A DNA stretch of 64,000 nucleotides from Oscillospiraceae bacterium (GCA_031549605.1 JAVBPM010000027.1:1338-65337); one strand, 5' to 3'. Counted from the first letter of the stretch, positions 31,116 to 40,506 are shown. Translations and numbers: made by a program. Notes: generated by a model from the sequence alone, not told the origin.

Positions 31116-31265
31116 ATGCGCGACAAAATTACGCTTTGCTGCTCGGAATGCAAACAGCGCAACTATGACACGAAGAAAAACAAAAAGAACGATCCCGACC
31201 GGTTGGAGATGAGCAAATACTGCCGCTTCTGCCGCAAGCACACGCCGCACAAAGAAACCAAGTAA
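31116..31265 (+). CDS. rpmG: 50S ribosomal protein L33
   Basis: 49 aa: [59 protein letters not shown]. Confidence 0.95.
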   Translation: MRDKITLCCSECKQRNYDTKKNKKNDPDRLEMSKYCRFCRKHTPHKETK

Positions 31266-31280
31266 GGAGGCACGGAGATT

Positions 31281-31505
31281 ATGAGTATTAGTGATACCTC
31301 TGCCAAAAAGCCGGGTCTCTTTGGTAAAATCGGCAAGTGGTTCCGCGAAATGCGCTCGGAACTCAAAAAAGTGGTTTGGCCTACCTTTCCGCAGGTGCTC
31401 AACAACACCGGTATCGTACTGACGATGATTGTCCTTGTCGGCGCCATTATTGCTGGCTTCGACTTTGTATGGGGCAAAGTCGTTATGTGGATTATCAGCC
31501 TGTAA
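31281..31505 (+). CDS. secE: preprotein translocase subunit SecE
   Basis: 74 aa with SELKKVVWPT followed by a single TM helix. Conserved position between rpmG and nusG. Confidence 0.9.
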   Translation: MSISDTSAKKPGLFGKIGKWFREMRSELKKVVWPTFPQVLNNTGIVLTMIVLVGAIIAGFDFVWGKVVMWIISL

Positions 31506-31520
31506 GGATCGGAGATCATC

Positions 31521-32045
31521 ATGTCGGAAAACGCCAAATGGTACGTTGTGCACACGTATTCAGGCTATGAAAACAAGGTGGCTGCCACCATTGAGAAAGC
31601 GGTGGAAAACCGCAAGCTGCACGACTTAATCGTCGAAGTGCAGGTTCCCATGGAGCAGGTTACGGAAATTCAGGATTCCAAGCGCAAAACCGTGGAGCGC
31701 AAGATGTTCCCCGGCTATGTGCTGGTTAAGATGGTGATGACCGATGAGAGTTGGCACGTTGTCCGCAATACGCGCGGCGTGACCGGCTTTGTCGGACCGG
31801 CCTCCAAGCCGGTCGCGCTGACAGACAGCGAGGTCAAGGCCATGGGTGTGGAAAAAACCGAGCTGGTCATCGGCTATGCCGAGGGCGACAGCGTCAGAAT
31901 TACCGACGGACCGCTGGAGGGTTACTTCGGCGTCGTTGAGGAGATTTCCATGACCCGCAACAAGGTTAAAATCCGCGTCTCTATGTTCGGCCGCGAAACG
32001 CCGGTTGAGCTGGAGTTTGACCAGGTCGAGCTGGCCTCGGCCTAA
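31521..32045 (+). CDS. nusG: transcription termination/antitermination factor NusG
   Basis: KWYVVHTYSGYENKV N-terminus and a C-terminal KOW domain (GDSVRITDGPLEGYFGVV). Confidence 0.95.
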   Translation: MSENAKWYVVHTYSGYENKVAATIEKAVENRKLHDLIVEVQVPMEQVTEIQDSKRKTVERKMFPGYVLVKMVMTDESWHVVRNTRGVTGFVGPASKPVALTDSEVKAMGVEKTELVIGYAEGDSVRITDGPLEGYFGVVEEISMTRNKVKIRVSMFGRETPVELEFDQVELASA

Positions 32046-32077
32046 TCTTTCGTGTACAGTGAGGAGCAGTGTAGTAA

Positions 32078-32503
32078 ATGGCACAGAAAATTACCGGATA
32101 TATTAAGCTTCAGATTCCCGCCGGAAAGGCAACACCGGCCCCGCCTGTCGGCCCGGCTTTGGGTCAGCACGGTGTCAACATCGTCGCCTTTACCAAGGAC
32201 TTTAACGAGCGCACCAAAAATGAGATGGGTATGATCATTCCCGTCGTCATCACTGTGTACGCCGACCGTTCGTTCAGCTTTATCACCAAGACCCCGCCCG
32301 CCCCGGTGCTGATTAAAAAGGCCTGCGGTCTTGACCGCGCCTCGGGTCGCCCCAACACCGAAAAGGTGGCCAAAATCAGCAAGGCTGACGTGCGTAAAAT
32401 CGCCGAGACCAAAATGCCCGACCTCAATGCCGCCAGCATTGACAGCGCCGCCAGCATGATTGCCGGTACCGCGCGCAGCATGGGCATCACCGTCGAGGAA
32501 TAA
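32078..32503 (+). CDS. rplK: 50S ribosomal protein L11
   Basis: 141 aa: [26 protein letters not shown]. Confidence 0.95.
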   Translation: MAQKITGYIKLQIPAGKATPAPPVGPALGQHGVNIVAFTKDFNERTKNEMGMIIPVVITVYADRSFSFITKTPPAPVLIKKACGLDRASGRPNTEKVAKISKADVRKIAETKMPDLNAASIDSAASMIAGTARSMGITVEE

Positions 32504-32576
32504 GGTAAGTCCAAAAAACCCGGCATAATCGTGGGAGGACACAAGTCCGCTGACCACATGAGGAGGAAAAACAGTT

Positions 32577-33269
32577 ATGTTTCACGGAAAAAAGTATGTT
32601 GACAGCGTCAAGCTGGTTGACCGTACACTGCAGTACGAGCCGACCGACGCGTTTGATTTGACCCTTAAGACCGCCAAAGCCAAGTTCGACGAGACCGTCG
32701 AGCTGCACGTCAAGCTGGGCGTTGACTCGCGTCACGCCGACCAGCAGGTGCGTGGCTCGGTCGTGCTGCCGCACGGCACAGGTAAGACGATGCGCGTGCT
32801 CGTCTTTGCCAAGGGCGACAAGGCCAAGGAGGCCGAGGCCGCCGGTGCCGAATTTGTCGGCGCCGAAGAGCTGGTGACCAAAATCACGAGCGAGAACTTC
32901 TTCGATTTCGACGTCGTCGTCGCCACGCCCGACATGATGGGCGTCGTCGGTCGACTGGGTAAGGTGCTGGGTCCCAAGGGCCTGATGCCCAACCCCAAGG
33001 CGGGCACCGTTACGATGGACGTCACCAAGGCCATCAATGAGATTAAGGCCGGTAAGGTTGAGTATCGTCTCGACAAGACCAACATCATTCACTGCCCCAT
33101 CGGCAAGATCTCCTTTGGCGCCGAGAAGCTCAACGAGAACTTCACCGCCATTATGACCGCCGTTATCAAGGCCAAGCCGGCTGCCGCCAAGGGCACCTAT
33201 ATCAAGAGCTGCGTCGTCGCGTCGACGATGGGCCCCGGCATCAAGGTCAGCACCGCCAAGCTGGCGTAA
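32577..33269 (+). CDS. rplA: 50S ribosomal protein L1
   Basis: 230 aa: [22 protein letters not shown]...LPHGTGK. Confidence 0.95.
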   Translation: MFHGKKYVDSVKLVDRTLQYEPTDAFDLTLKTAKAKFDETVELHVKLGVDSRHADQQVRGSVVLPHGTGKTMRVLVFAKGDKAKEAEAAGAEFVGAEELVTKITSENFFDFDVVVATPDMMGVVGRLGKVLGPKGLMPNPKAGTVTMDVTKAINEIKAGKVEYRLDKTNIIHCPIGKISFGAEKLNENFTAIMTAVIKAKPAAAKGTYIKSCVVASTMGPGIKVSTAKLA

Positions 33270-33279
33270 CGACCCGGCC

Positions 33280-33789
33280 ATGAACGAGCGGATTGATAAG
33301 GTAAACTATTACCTCGACATCGCGCAAACGGTGTCCGAGCGTTGTACCTGTCTGCGCCGCCACTTTGGCTCGATTATCGTCAAAAACGATTCGATTGTCA
33401 GCACCGGCTATGTCGGCGCGCCGCGCGGCCGCATCAACTGCACCGACCGCGGCGTCTGCCTGCGCGACGAATTGAACATTCCGCGCGGGGACCGCTATGA
33501 GATGTGCCGCAGTGTCCACTCCGAGGCCAACGCCATTATCGCCGCGCCGCGCGAGCAGATGCTGGGCAGTACGCTGTACATGACCTGTGTTGACGCCCGT
33601 ACCGGCGAGCTGACAGCGGGCACTTCGCCCTGCTCAATGTGCCGGCGCATGATTATCAACGCCGGCATCGATACGGTCATTGTGCGCGAGACTAAGGATG
33701 ACTTCACCGTCTACTCGGTACAGGACTGGATTGACAACGACGAGAGCCTAACCGGCATCGGCGGCTACGCGCAGCCGAGAAAGGAGTAA
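33280..33789 (+). CDS. deoxycytidylate (dCMP) deaminase, ComEB-like
   Basis: Zinc motifs HSEANAI and PCSMCRRMIINAG. Confidence 0.85.
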   Translation: MNERIDKVNYYLDIAQTVSERCTCLRRHFGSIIVKNDSIVSTGYVGAPRGRINCTDRGVCLRDELNIPRGDRYEMCRSVHSEANAIIAAPREQMLGSTLYMTCVDARTGELTAGTSPCSMCRRMIINAGIDTVIVRETKDDFTVYSVQDWIDNDESLTGIGGYAQPRKE

Positions 33790-33793
33790 CAGT

Positions 33794-34084
33794 ATGAGCG
33801 AGGACTACGGCGCCGATTTTGTCACCATCGAGGACGAAAACGGCAATGAGATCGAACTGGAGCATATGGACACCATCCTCTTTGAGGAGCGTGAATATAT
33901 GGCCTTCACCCCGGCCGACACCGCGGAAGACGCGGAGGAGGTCGACCTGATTATCCTCAAGCTGGAGGAGGCTGACGACGGCGAGGACATTCTGGTCACC
34001 GTCGACGACGACGCCGAGCTCGAGCGCGTCTACGAAGCGTTTATGAAGCGCATCGAGGCCGAGGTCGAGGAAGACGACCAGTAA
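33794..34084 (+). CDS. DUF1292-family acidic protein
   Basis: 96 aa, very acidic. The FVTIEDENGNEIELE...FEEREYMAF pattern is typical of DUF1292. Confidence 0.6.
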   Translation: MSEDYGADFVTIEDENGNEIELEHMDTILFEEREYMAFTPADTAEDAEEVDLIILKLEEADDGEDILVTVDDDAELERVYEAFMKRIEAEVEEDDQ

Positions 34085-34101
34085 TCTGTTGATTTGCAAT
34101 C

Positions 34102-34133
34102 AAGCACCTGCACGATTTTCGTGCGGGTGCTTT
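34102..34133 (+). terminator. probable terminator
   Basis: 12-bp stem aagcacctgcac/gtgcgggtgctt (one G-U pair) followed by a short T-run. Confidence 0.45.
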
Positions 34134-34183
34134 GCTGTATAGACCACTGGAAAAAGATGGCACCTCAGCGGCTAGAATTCGTC

Positions 34184-34212
34184 TTGTTTTTTCGCCGTAC
34201 CGGTGCTACAAT
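34184..34212 (+). promoter_or_regulatory. candidate vanW promoter
   Basis: TTGTTT-17 nt-TGcTACAAT (extended -10). Confidence 0.4.
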
Positions 34213-34218
34213 AGAGAC

Positions 34219-34430
34219 AGCAAGTTCCCTGCTTGGTGCGTGACGGGTTCTTAAAAACCCACATTCCGTTAAAGGGACCTCAACCTCCCGCTGTGGCTTG
34301 CAGGCCTCCCGGATTCCCGGACGTTGGAAGCAGCAAAGCAGTGGGGCGGGGACCCACCTGCCATCTGTGCAGGTTTTTAACGGGCCTGCACGGCAAAAGC
34401 GGGGAACTTACATTTTATTGCGATTGGGTG
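34219..34430 (+). promoter_or_regulatory. long structured 5' leader of vanW (unclassified cis-regulatory candidate)
   Basis: ~210 nt between the promoter and ATG 34431. Several local hairpins, plus acctgc-catctgt-gcaggt-TTTTT (about 34356-34379) with a competing downstream cctgcac. Confidence 0.3.
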
Positions 34431-35264
34431 ATGCCGGTGGCGCGAAGACTGTTCAGCGAGCTGGGCCCGACGGCCTATAAAATTGCCGTGTGGCGCCGGC
34501 GCCGCCAGCGCAGTTTGGCCAATCTGGTGGCATTCCGCCAGCTGGCGCACCACAAGTCCACCGACCCGTTACCGGCTCTGATATACGCGCACAAATCACT
34601 CATTCGCCGACGACTGGGCAATGTTGACATGGAGCTGCAGGAGAACAAAGCTGTCAATTTAGCGCTGGCCGCACCGCATGTCCATGCCCTGCTCATTCGA
34701 CCCGGCGAAACCTTTTCCTTCTGGCATTTGGTGGGCAGCTGTACGGCGGCCAAGGGCTACCGCGAGGGTCTGACCATTTCGCGCCAAGGGCCGTCGCGCG
34801 GCATTGGCGGCGGCATGTGCCAGTTTACCAACCTGCTGCACTGGATGACGCTACATAGCCAACTGACGGTGACAGAGCACCATCACCACGACGGCGTCGA
34901 CTTGTTTCCCGACTTTAACCGGCAGGTACCATTTGGCGTCGGCACATCAATTTTTTACAACTATCTGGACTACCGCGTGACCAACAACACCGACAACACA
35001 CACCAACTGCTTGTTTGGGTGACCGACCAGCACCTGTGCGGCGAGCTGCGCGCTATGAAGCCGCAGCCGGTCAAGGTGCATATTGTCGAGGAAGACAGGC
35101 ACTTTGTTAAGCAGGGTGACGACTACTACCGCCGCAACGCGCTCTACCGTAACGTGGTCGACATGACAACCGGCAACCTGTTAGAGCACAAGCTGCTCAA
35201 GCGCAGCAACGCCAAGGTGATGTACGATCCCGACTTGATCGCCGCCGAATTGATACGACAATGA
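34431..35264 (+). CDS. VanW-family protein
   Basis: Start moved to ATG 34431 (MPVARRLFSELGPTAYKIAV matches the usual VanW-like N-terminus). Conserved GGGMCQFTNLLHW motif. Confidence 0.75.
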   Translation: MPVARRLFSELGPTAYKIAVWRRRRQRSLANLVAFRQLAHHKSTDPLPALIYAHKSLIRRRLGNVDMELQENKAVNLALAAPHVHALLIRPGETFSFWHLVGSCTAAKGYREGLTISRQGPSRGIGGGMCQFTNLLHWMTLHSQLTVTEHHHHDGVDLFPDFNRQVPFGVGTSIFYNYLDYRVTNNTDNTHQLLVWVTDQHLCGELRAMKPQPVKVHIVEEDRHFVKQGDDYYRRNALYRNVVDMTTGNLLEHKLLKRSNAKVMYDPDLIAAELIRQ

Positions 35265-35290
35265 CCGAAACGGTTTGTTTCGGTCTTTTT
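35263..35290 (+). terminator. rho-independent terminator
   Basis: gaccgaaac-ggttt-gtttcggtc followed by TTTTT. Confidence 0.65.
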
Positions 35291-35305
35291 ATATCGGCTT
35301 TTGTC

Positions 35306-35334
35306 TTGACAGTCACAAGGGTAGAGGGTATGAT
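35306..35334 (+). promoter_or_regulatory. sigma-A-like promoter
   Basis: TTGACA-17 nt-TATGAT. Confidence 0.5.
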
Positions 35335-35406
35335 AAATTGCATATGAAGTGATAGTGTGAGGAGGATTGCGCACCGGCACAGCACCGCCGCCGCGCAGCG
35401 ACCGCT

Positions 35407-36135
35407 ATGATTGGAGACAAACCCGTTGCCCTGGTGACCGGCGTGACCGGCGCCGTCGGCACAGATATGATTAAAAGCTTGGCCAACAGCGGTTACGCGC
35501 TGGCCTTTGCCGCCTGCGGCGACATCGACCGAGCCCGCGCATTGGAGCGCTTTTGCGCCGTTCAGGGCGTTGAAACGCTGCTGCTGACCGGCGACGTCAA
35601 CATTGCCGGCAACTGCGAGCAATGGGTGGCCGATACACTCAGCTTTTTTTGCCGGCTCGATGTGCTGTTGTGCAACATCGGCTACAACACTGACGACAGC
35701 ATGGTTTCCGCGCGCGACAGTGCCGACTTTATTCGGGTGGTACAGGCGGAAATTAACGGCCTGACCGAGCTGGCGCGCAACGCCGCCAAGCCGATGTCCA
35801 CGATAAAGCGCGGCCGCATTGTGACAGTGTCATTGCCCATAGGCTACCTCGACGCCGAGCGCCAGCGGCTGCTGTCGACCGCCGTCCGCGGCATGACCGC
35901 CGATTTGGCCGGTGAGCTGTGCAAAACCAATGTGACGGTCAACGCCGTCCTGCCCGGTTTTTTGGATACACTGCGCACGGCCAAGGGCGAAGAGGCCGCG
36001 CTGCTGCGGCAAATCCCGCTGGGTCGACAGGGCACGTCGGCCGACGTGGCGCAGGCGGTGCGCTTTTTGCTGTCCGACGCGGCGTCGTATATCACAGGCC
36101 ACACGCTGCCGGTGACAGGCGGTTTGGAACTGTAA
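35407..36135 (+). CDS. SDR-family oxidoreductase (FabG-like)
   Basis: VALVTGVTGAVG nucleotide-binding N-terminus and a C-terminal YITGHTLPVTGG. No SD directly upstream of the ATG. Confidence 0.8.
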   Translation: MIGDKPVALVTGVTGAVGTDMIKSLANSGYALAFAACGDIDRARALERFCAVQGVETLLLTGDVNIAGNCEQWVADTLSFFCRLDVLLCNIGYNTDDSMVSARDSADFIRVVQAEINGLTELARNAAKPMSTIKRGRIVTVSLPIGYLDAERQRLLSTAVRGMTADLAGELCKTNVTVNAVLPGFLDTLRTAKGEEAALLRQIPLGRQGTSADVAQAVRFLLSDAASYITGHTLPVTGGLEL

Positions 36136-36146
36136 CTCATCATGGT

Positions 36147-36182
36147 AACGGGCGGAAGAAGTCAGCTTCTTCCGCCCGTTTT
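36147..36182. terminator. bidirectional terminator (SDR gene / sigK 3' end)
   Basis: 15-bp perfect stem aacgggcggaagaag/cttcttccgcccgtt, loop tcag, T-run on the plus side. Confidence 0.7.
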
Positions 36183-36192
36183 ACTGTGTCCC

Positions 36193-36564
36193 TCACGTCC
36201 ACAGGCCGACGTCAAGGCAGCTTTTTTTGAGATGCTCCAGCGCCTTTTTCTCCAGCCGTGACACATAGCTGCGGCTGATGTTCAGTTCCTTGGCCACCTC
36301 GCGCTGCGTGCGCGGCTTGACGTTGTCCAGCCCATAACGCAGCGTAACAATCTCCAGCTCGCGACCGCATAGCAGCTGCTTAACCAGCGCATTCAGCTTT
36401 TGCTCGCGGTCAGTTTCTTCCACGCGTGCCAAATTGAAATCCTCCACGCTGATGGTGTTGCCGATTGGCAGCATGCCGCTGTCGTCCTCACTGTTAAAGC
36501 TCTCCTCAAAGGAGGTCAACTTAGGCGCGTGCGCCTCCTTGCGAAACTGCATGCGGAACTCATT
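36193..36564 (-). CDS. sigK: sigma-K gene, 3' segment (spoIIIC-like; regions 3-4)
   Basis: From codon AAT (36564-36562): NEFRMQFRKEAH...ELEIVTLRYGL...TQREVAKELNISRSYVSRLEKKALEHL, a sigma-70 region 4.2 HTH. The upstream part of the track ORF is an out-of-frame read of the recombinase gene. Confidence 0.85.
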   Translation of the reverse strand, partial: NEFRMQFRKEAHAPKLTSFEESFNSEDDSGMLPIGNTISVEDFNLARVEETDREQKLNALVKQLLCGRELEIVTLRYGLDNVKPRTQREVAKELNISRSYVSRLEKKALEHLKKSCLDVGLWT

Positions 36565-36573
36565 TGCAACCCT
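36555..36573. other. left attachment junction of the sigK intervening element (core TTT 36563-36565)
   Basis: SigK similarity ends at codon 36564-62. Aligning the two junctions gives G-N-AAA-N-G on the minus strand, with AAA shared. Confidence 0.6.
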
Positions 36574-38296
36574 CTCGCTGCGGCTCGTTTTCGACCTGTT
36601 GGGCAGTCGCGCCAATCGCTTGCAGCTCGGGTAATTCAATGTCGCCTTCCTGTGAGCCGAACAGGTAGACATGGGCGTTTTCGCCATCCCAGATGACTTT
36701 GCGGATAAAGGTGCGCAGCGCCGAGCGTTTTTCCTCAACACTCATGGTCTCAAGAGCTCCGGCAAAGGTGGACAGCAGGTCGCGTAGCAGGTCAAATTCG
36801 ATGTCGGACAGCTCGTGTTCCTTGGTCAGACTTTCGAGTTCAGTCAGATGCTGGGTGGTGTCGCGGTTCTGCTGTTGGAGCTGTTCGATTTCGGCGAGAA
36901 TGCGGGTGCTAACGGCGTCGTTGTCGGTTTTAGACAGTGTTGTCACCAACGTATCAATTTGCTTTTCGGTTTCCTTGATGTCTTTACGTAGTGCCGTTAG
37001 CTGGTTATCATAATCGCTGGTGTCACCGAGTATGGTCTTCTTGGCCTGTTCAAGTTGTTGAATAAAGGTGGAGCTGTCAAAGGACAACTTTTTGATTTCT
37101 TCGCAGACCAGCTTATCCAGCTGATTGCCGTTTGGGTTCTTGATGTCGCAGTTTTGACAACGGCTTTTTTCCTTGGTCTCGCAGAGATAGCTGTAGACAA
37201 GTTCGCCATCCTTGTTGGCACGGGTGGTCAACTTGGGTCGCAGGAAGTCACCGCAACGGGCGCAGAACAACAGACCCGACAGCAGCGCCACATTACTCTT
37301 GGGCTTGCGGTAGGATTTGGATTTGTTTTGGTCAAGCAGCTTCTGCGCCGCAATCCAGTCGCTGCTGCTAATCATCGGCGTATGCTTGCCAACGGCAACA
37401 ATCCACTCAACTGCCGGACGTTCTTCATGTGATTTGCCTGTCGACTGCACCGTCTTGTTGTAGACCATCATACCATGCTTGCCGTCAAAGTCTTTATCGT
37501 CGGCATATATCTCCATCTGCTTGGCTTGAAAGTAGCTCAACGCTTTGACATCAGCGGTCAGATAGACAGGATTTTGCAGAATGCTCTTAATGGCAAAGCG
37601 TGTAATGCGTTTGCCATTCTTTGTTTTGCTATGGTTTTGCTCAAAGAAGGTTTCGGTTTTAGTCAGTGACTTGGTTTCAAGGAATTTGCCAAAAATGAGT
37701 TCGATAAGAGCTGCTTCCTCTTTCACAAGGTCGAGCTTGTATGAACGGCGTTTTTTATCGTCAATTGTAATGGTATCAACAGGCACACTTTGATAGCCGG
37801 TGGGCGCAACGCCACCCAGCCAGCGCCCTGTTTTGGCCAGCTGCACCATGTTGTCGCGGATACGCTCGGCAATGGTCTCCCGTTCAAGCTGTGAAAACAC
37901 AGAGGCAATCATAATCATGGCGCGGCCTGTTGGTGTGCTGGTGTCGAATTTCTCCTTGAGAGAATGAAACTTTACATCGTAACGGTCAAGGTCGGCCATC
38001 AGATGGGCAAAGTCACCGATGTTGCGGCTGATACGGTCAAGCCGGTAGCAGACCACGGCATCAATCTGATTGCTGTGAATGGCTTGGAGCAAGGCTTGAA
38101 ACTGCGGACGCTCGGTGTTCTTTCCCGAATACCCTTCGTCCTCGTAGACGACAACACTGTCAAATGCGTCAGCGGCTATGTTTTGCTTGATGTACTGTTG
38201 ACACATTTCAATCTGATTTTCAATGCTCTCGCCCTTGCCGGTAAATCGCGATTTACGCGAGTAGATAGCAATGTTCCGTTTTAGTTCTTTCGGCAT
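36560..38296 (-). CDS. large serine recombinase (SpoIVCA-like)
   Basis: Start at ATG 38296 (MPKELKRNIAIYSRKSRFTGKGESIENQ; catalytic Ser in YSRKS; VVCYRLDRISRN). Also a recombinase domain, the zinc ribbon CARCGDFL...CQNCD, and a coiled coil. The stop TGA (36562-36560) lies in sigK DNA. Confidence 0.9.
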   Translation of the reverse strand: MPKELKRNIAIYSRKSRFTGKGESIENQIEMCQQYIKQNIAADAFDSVVVYEDEGYSGKNTERPQFQALLQAIHSNQIDAVVCYRLDRISRNIGDFAHLMADLDRYDVKFHSLKEKFDTSTPTGRAMIMIASVFSQLERETIAERIRDNMVQLAKTGRWLGGVAPTGYQSVPVDTITIDDKKRRSYKLDLVKEEAALIELIFGKFLETKSLTKTETFFEQNHSKTKNGKRITRFAIKSILQNPVYLTADVKALSYFQAKQMEIYADDKDFDGKHGMMVYNKTVQSTGKSHEERPAVEWIVAVGKHTPMISSSDWIAAQKLLDQNKSKSYRKPKSNVALLSGLLFCARCGDFLRPKLTTRANKDGELVYSYLCETKEKSRCQNCDIKNPNGNQLDKLVCEEIKKLSFDSSTFIQQLEQAKKTILGDTSDYDNQLTALRKDIKETEKQIDTLVTTLSKTDNDAVSTRILAEIEQLQQQNRDTTQHLTELESLTKEHELSDIEFDLLRDLLSTFAGALETMSVEEKRSALRTFIRKVIWDGENAHVYLFGSQEGDIELPELQAIGATAQQVENEPQREGCK

Positions 38297-38389
38297 TTCA
38301 TTCACCCTTGTCCAATGTGATGTATTAAGCTTAACACTATCGTTACGGCTTGACAAGGGTATTATATAGGAAAACAAGCGAATTCGCAA

Positions 38390-38420
38390 AAAGAAAAACA
38401 GGGCTGCTTTTGCAACCCTG
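38390..38420 (-). terminator. probable terminator of the 70-aa gene
   Basis: Minus-strand hairpin cagggttgc-aaaa-gcagccctg (one G-U pair) followed by TTTTTCTTT. Confidence 0.45.
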
Positions 38421-38440
38421 CCCAGCTTGATAATAGAAAA

Positions 38441-38653
38441 CTAGATGCCCTTGTACGAGTCGGTGATCTGCTGAATTAATTCGAGCGCCGTGGCGATATT
38501 TTCCCTGGCCAGTGGTGACAGTTCTTTGTTTTCCAGCATCAGACCCAGTGCCCAGACGGACATCGTCAGCTGCATGACATCTTCAGTCATATCCACCCCA
38601 CCAAAGACCACATCACGGTTTGCGCCTGTGTCCTCTCTCAAAATCTTGATCAT
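38441..38653 (-). CDS. hypothetical protein (70 aa)
   Basis: ORF with its own terminator. No recognisable motif. Confidence 0.4.
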   Translation of the reverse strand: MIKILREDTGANRDVVFGGVDMTEDVMQLTMSVWALGLMLENKELSPLARENIATALELIQQITDSYKGI

Positions 38654-38720
38654 ATGAACAACTCCAAATCATTAGTCTTGCATGGCAAGCTAACAATTCT
38701 GGTGGGCAGTGGCGGATTTC

Positions 38721-39947
38721 TTAGTTCACAGGAAATGTAATACTGACACCATCAGGGAACGGAAAGACGGCTGTAGTGGTCATAAATTCATTTCGCAATA
38801 TGTAAAGGCCAACAACATATCCTGAGCCGTTGAAATCGCTTGCTAGCACAGCGACATAGGTGTGTGCTGGCCCCGCAACGTCCTCTTGGGAATAAAACGC
38901 ATACGAGTATAAGTCTTCTGCTTCACCGGGGTCATAATAATCTGGATACCCCCACTTCTGAGTGAGTTGATCATACGTCGTTGTGCCGTCTACACCATTG
39001 ACGGAGTACCTTTGCTTGTAAAGGCTATTAAGATAATCGACATAAACTGCTTGAATCATGCTGGCCCCTACTCTATAGGCAATGATTAGCTGTCGCCCAT
39101 CGTACGTACTGCAATAGTAGCCGTTGGTGCTGTCAATGGGTAGGTCGTCGACATCTTTTCGATTTAGGGTGTGAAATACCGACGCGTCATAAATGGAAAT
39201 GTCAAGAAAGTTGACATCGACAGTTGACAGTGCGCTTGGTAATGCCGAATCACTGTGGTCGGCATCGGTTCGAATACGAACATCGGGCGCAGCGGCGTTG
39301 TCGTCTGTACTTCCCAATGTCGCATAGTACTCGAAACCATCCTTATAACAAACCAGTGTGCCATCAGCAATCGTACAATCGCCTAAGTATTCTTTCAACT
39401 GGCCTAAGGTTGGTGAACGCATGTCTTTGAACAGCAAGGAGGACTCCACCCATACAGCTTCAGGCAAACTGTTGTAGTATTCGTCAGTGCCCTTGCTGTT
39501 TTTTCTAGAGAAGTAAATAAAGACAAATCCGGGATCAGTGTAGCCCGGTAAACTGTATACATTACAGCCAAGCTCGGAGTAATCGCAATCAACAAGCCCA
39601 TACGAATCGTAAATTTGTCGGTAGGACATCTCAAGCAGGTGTGGCCATGAGTCAAACTGAAGTCCTTTAGTTGCTGTGGGTGATAACGCGGTCGGTTGTC
39701 GAGACGTGGCACTCGAAGGTGTTGGCGACGGCAACGTCTGCCCCGTCTTGTCCGACAGAGTGAAAAACAGCAACACAGCAATAGCTATCACTATGACGGG
39801 AATAACCGCCAGAAGCAAAAAACGCCACCAAGGCCGCCTAGCAACGGCGACCTCGGTTTCGTCTGTCAGTTTTGTCATGCAGTAAAGGCAGAAGTTGGCT
39901 TCCTGCGGCAGTTCAGCGTTGCAATGAGGGCATTGTTTCATGTGCAT
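38721..39947 (-). CDS. zinc-ribbon membrane-anchored protein with a large extracytoplasmic domain
   Basis: ATG 39947, 6 nt after GAGGTG. N-terminal CPHCNAELPQEANFCLYC zinc ribbon, one TM helix (FLLLAVIPVIVIAIAVLLF), then ~330 aa with no recognisable motif. Confidence 0.55.
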   Translation of the reverse strand: MHMKQCPHCNAELPQEANFCLYCMTKLTDETEVAVARRPWWRFLLLAVIPVIVIAIAVLLFFTLSDKTGQTLPSPTPSSATSRQPTALSPTATKGLQFDSWPHLLEMSYRQIYDSYGLVDCDYSELGCNVYSLPGYTDPGFVFIYFSRKNSKGTDEYYNSLPEAVWVESSLLFKDMRSPTLGQLKEYLGDCTIADGTLVCYKDGFEYYATLGSTDDNAAAPDVRIRTDADHSDSALPSALSTVDVNFLDISIYDASVFHTLNRKDVDDLPIDSTNGYYCSTYDGRQLIIAYRVGASMIQAVYVDYLNSLYKQRYSVNGVDGTTTYDQLTQKWGYPDYYDPGEAEDLYSYAFYSQEDVAGPAHTYVAVLASDFNGSGYVVGLYILRNEFMTTTAVFPFPDGVSITFPVN

Positions 39948-40113
39948 GTGTATCACCTCATAGGGTGATTATACAACATTTGAAATGAAAAGGAAATGTA
40001 ATGTCAATGGCAGGACGTGAGTACTATGCAAAGACTGGTAGTGTAAAACAAAGTGTGCTTTTGCCTTTTCTGAGGAAGTGGTATAAACTTAGAAACCCTT
40101 AAAAGCGAAAGTA

Positions 40114-40506
40114 TTAGCTGAATAATAAATCTATAAGACCTGAAAGCTTGTCACCAGTCATGGAAATACCATTTACGTTAGCACCGGCTACTGTAATGTG
40201 ATTGTCGTTATGCAATGTGAATACCATTGTAAATTCATAATCGTTTTTGCTTTTGACGCCGGTAAATGCCACTTCATATTTTACTTGTTTTCCGGCGCTA
40301 GTGCTTTCCCCAAGAGACCAACTCGGGCCGCGTGTTATTTCGTTGCCGGTCAGATAACTATGCAGTCCTTCTGCTATCGGCTTGTTAGGATAGCCAGCGA
40401 GACAACCATTTTTTACACTCCCCACTGGGTCTTTTGTGCCACTGGAACAGGCCGTTGTGGCGATTAGGAGGCAGAGGAAAATCGCTATAATTCGTGAGGT
40501 TTTCAT
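40114..40506 (-). CDS. hypothetical lipoprotein
   Basis: MKTSRIIAIFLCLLIATTACSSG: signal peptide plus lipobox. Confidence 0.55.
   Translation of the reverse strand: MKTSRIIAIFLCLLIATTACSSGTKDPVGSVKNGCLAGYPNKPIAEGLHSYLTGNEITRGPSWSLGESTSAGKQVKYEVAFTGVKSKNDYEFTMVFTLHNDNHITVAGANVNGISMTGDKLSGLIDLLFS

Noticed and set aside
33270-33290. Absence of rplJ-rplL-rpoB after rplA
   Set aside because: The gene order differs from the E. coli/Bacillus paradigm. However, there is no scar, repeat or compositional break here, so it is probably lineage-typical and not a rearrangement signal.
34233-34430. Naming the vanW leader a c-di-AMP (ydaO) riboswitch, or treating it as an N-terminal extension of VanW
   Set aside because: Only one short element (GGGGACCCA-like) matches, and the rest of the consensus is not visible. 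The in-frame extension has no start or SD support, and VanW homologues start at the MP..RRLF..L.P..YKI motif.
36565-36741. The upstream 59 codons of track ORF 36193-36741
   Set aside because: They are not sigma-like. This stretch is the 3' end of the serine recombinase gene read in another frame. Only 36193-36564 belongs to sigK.
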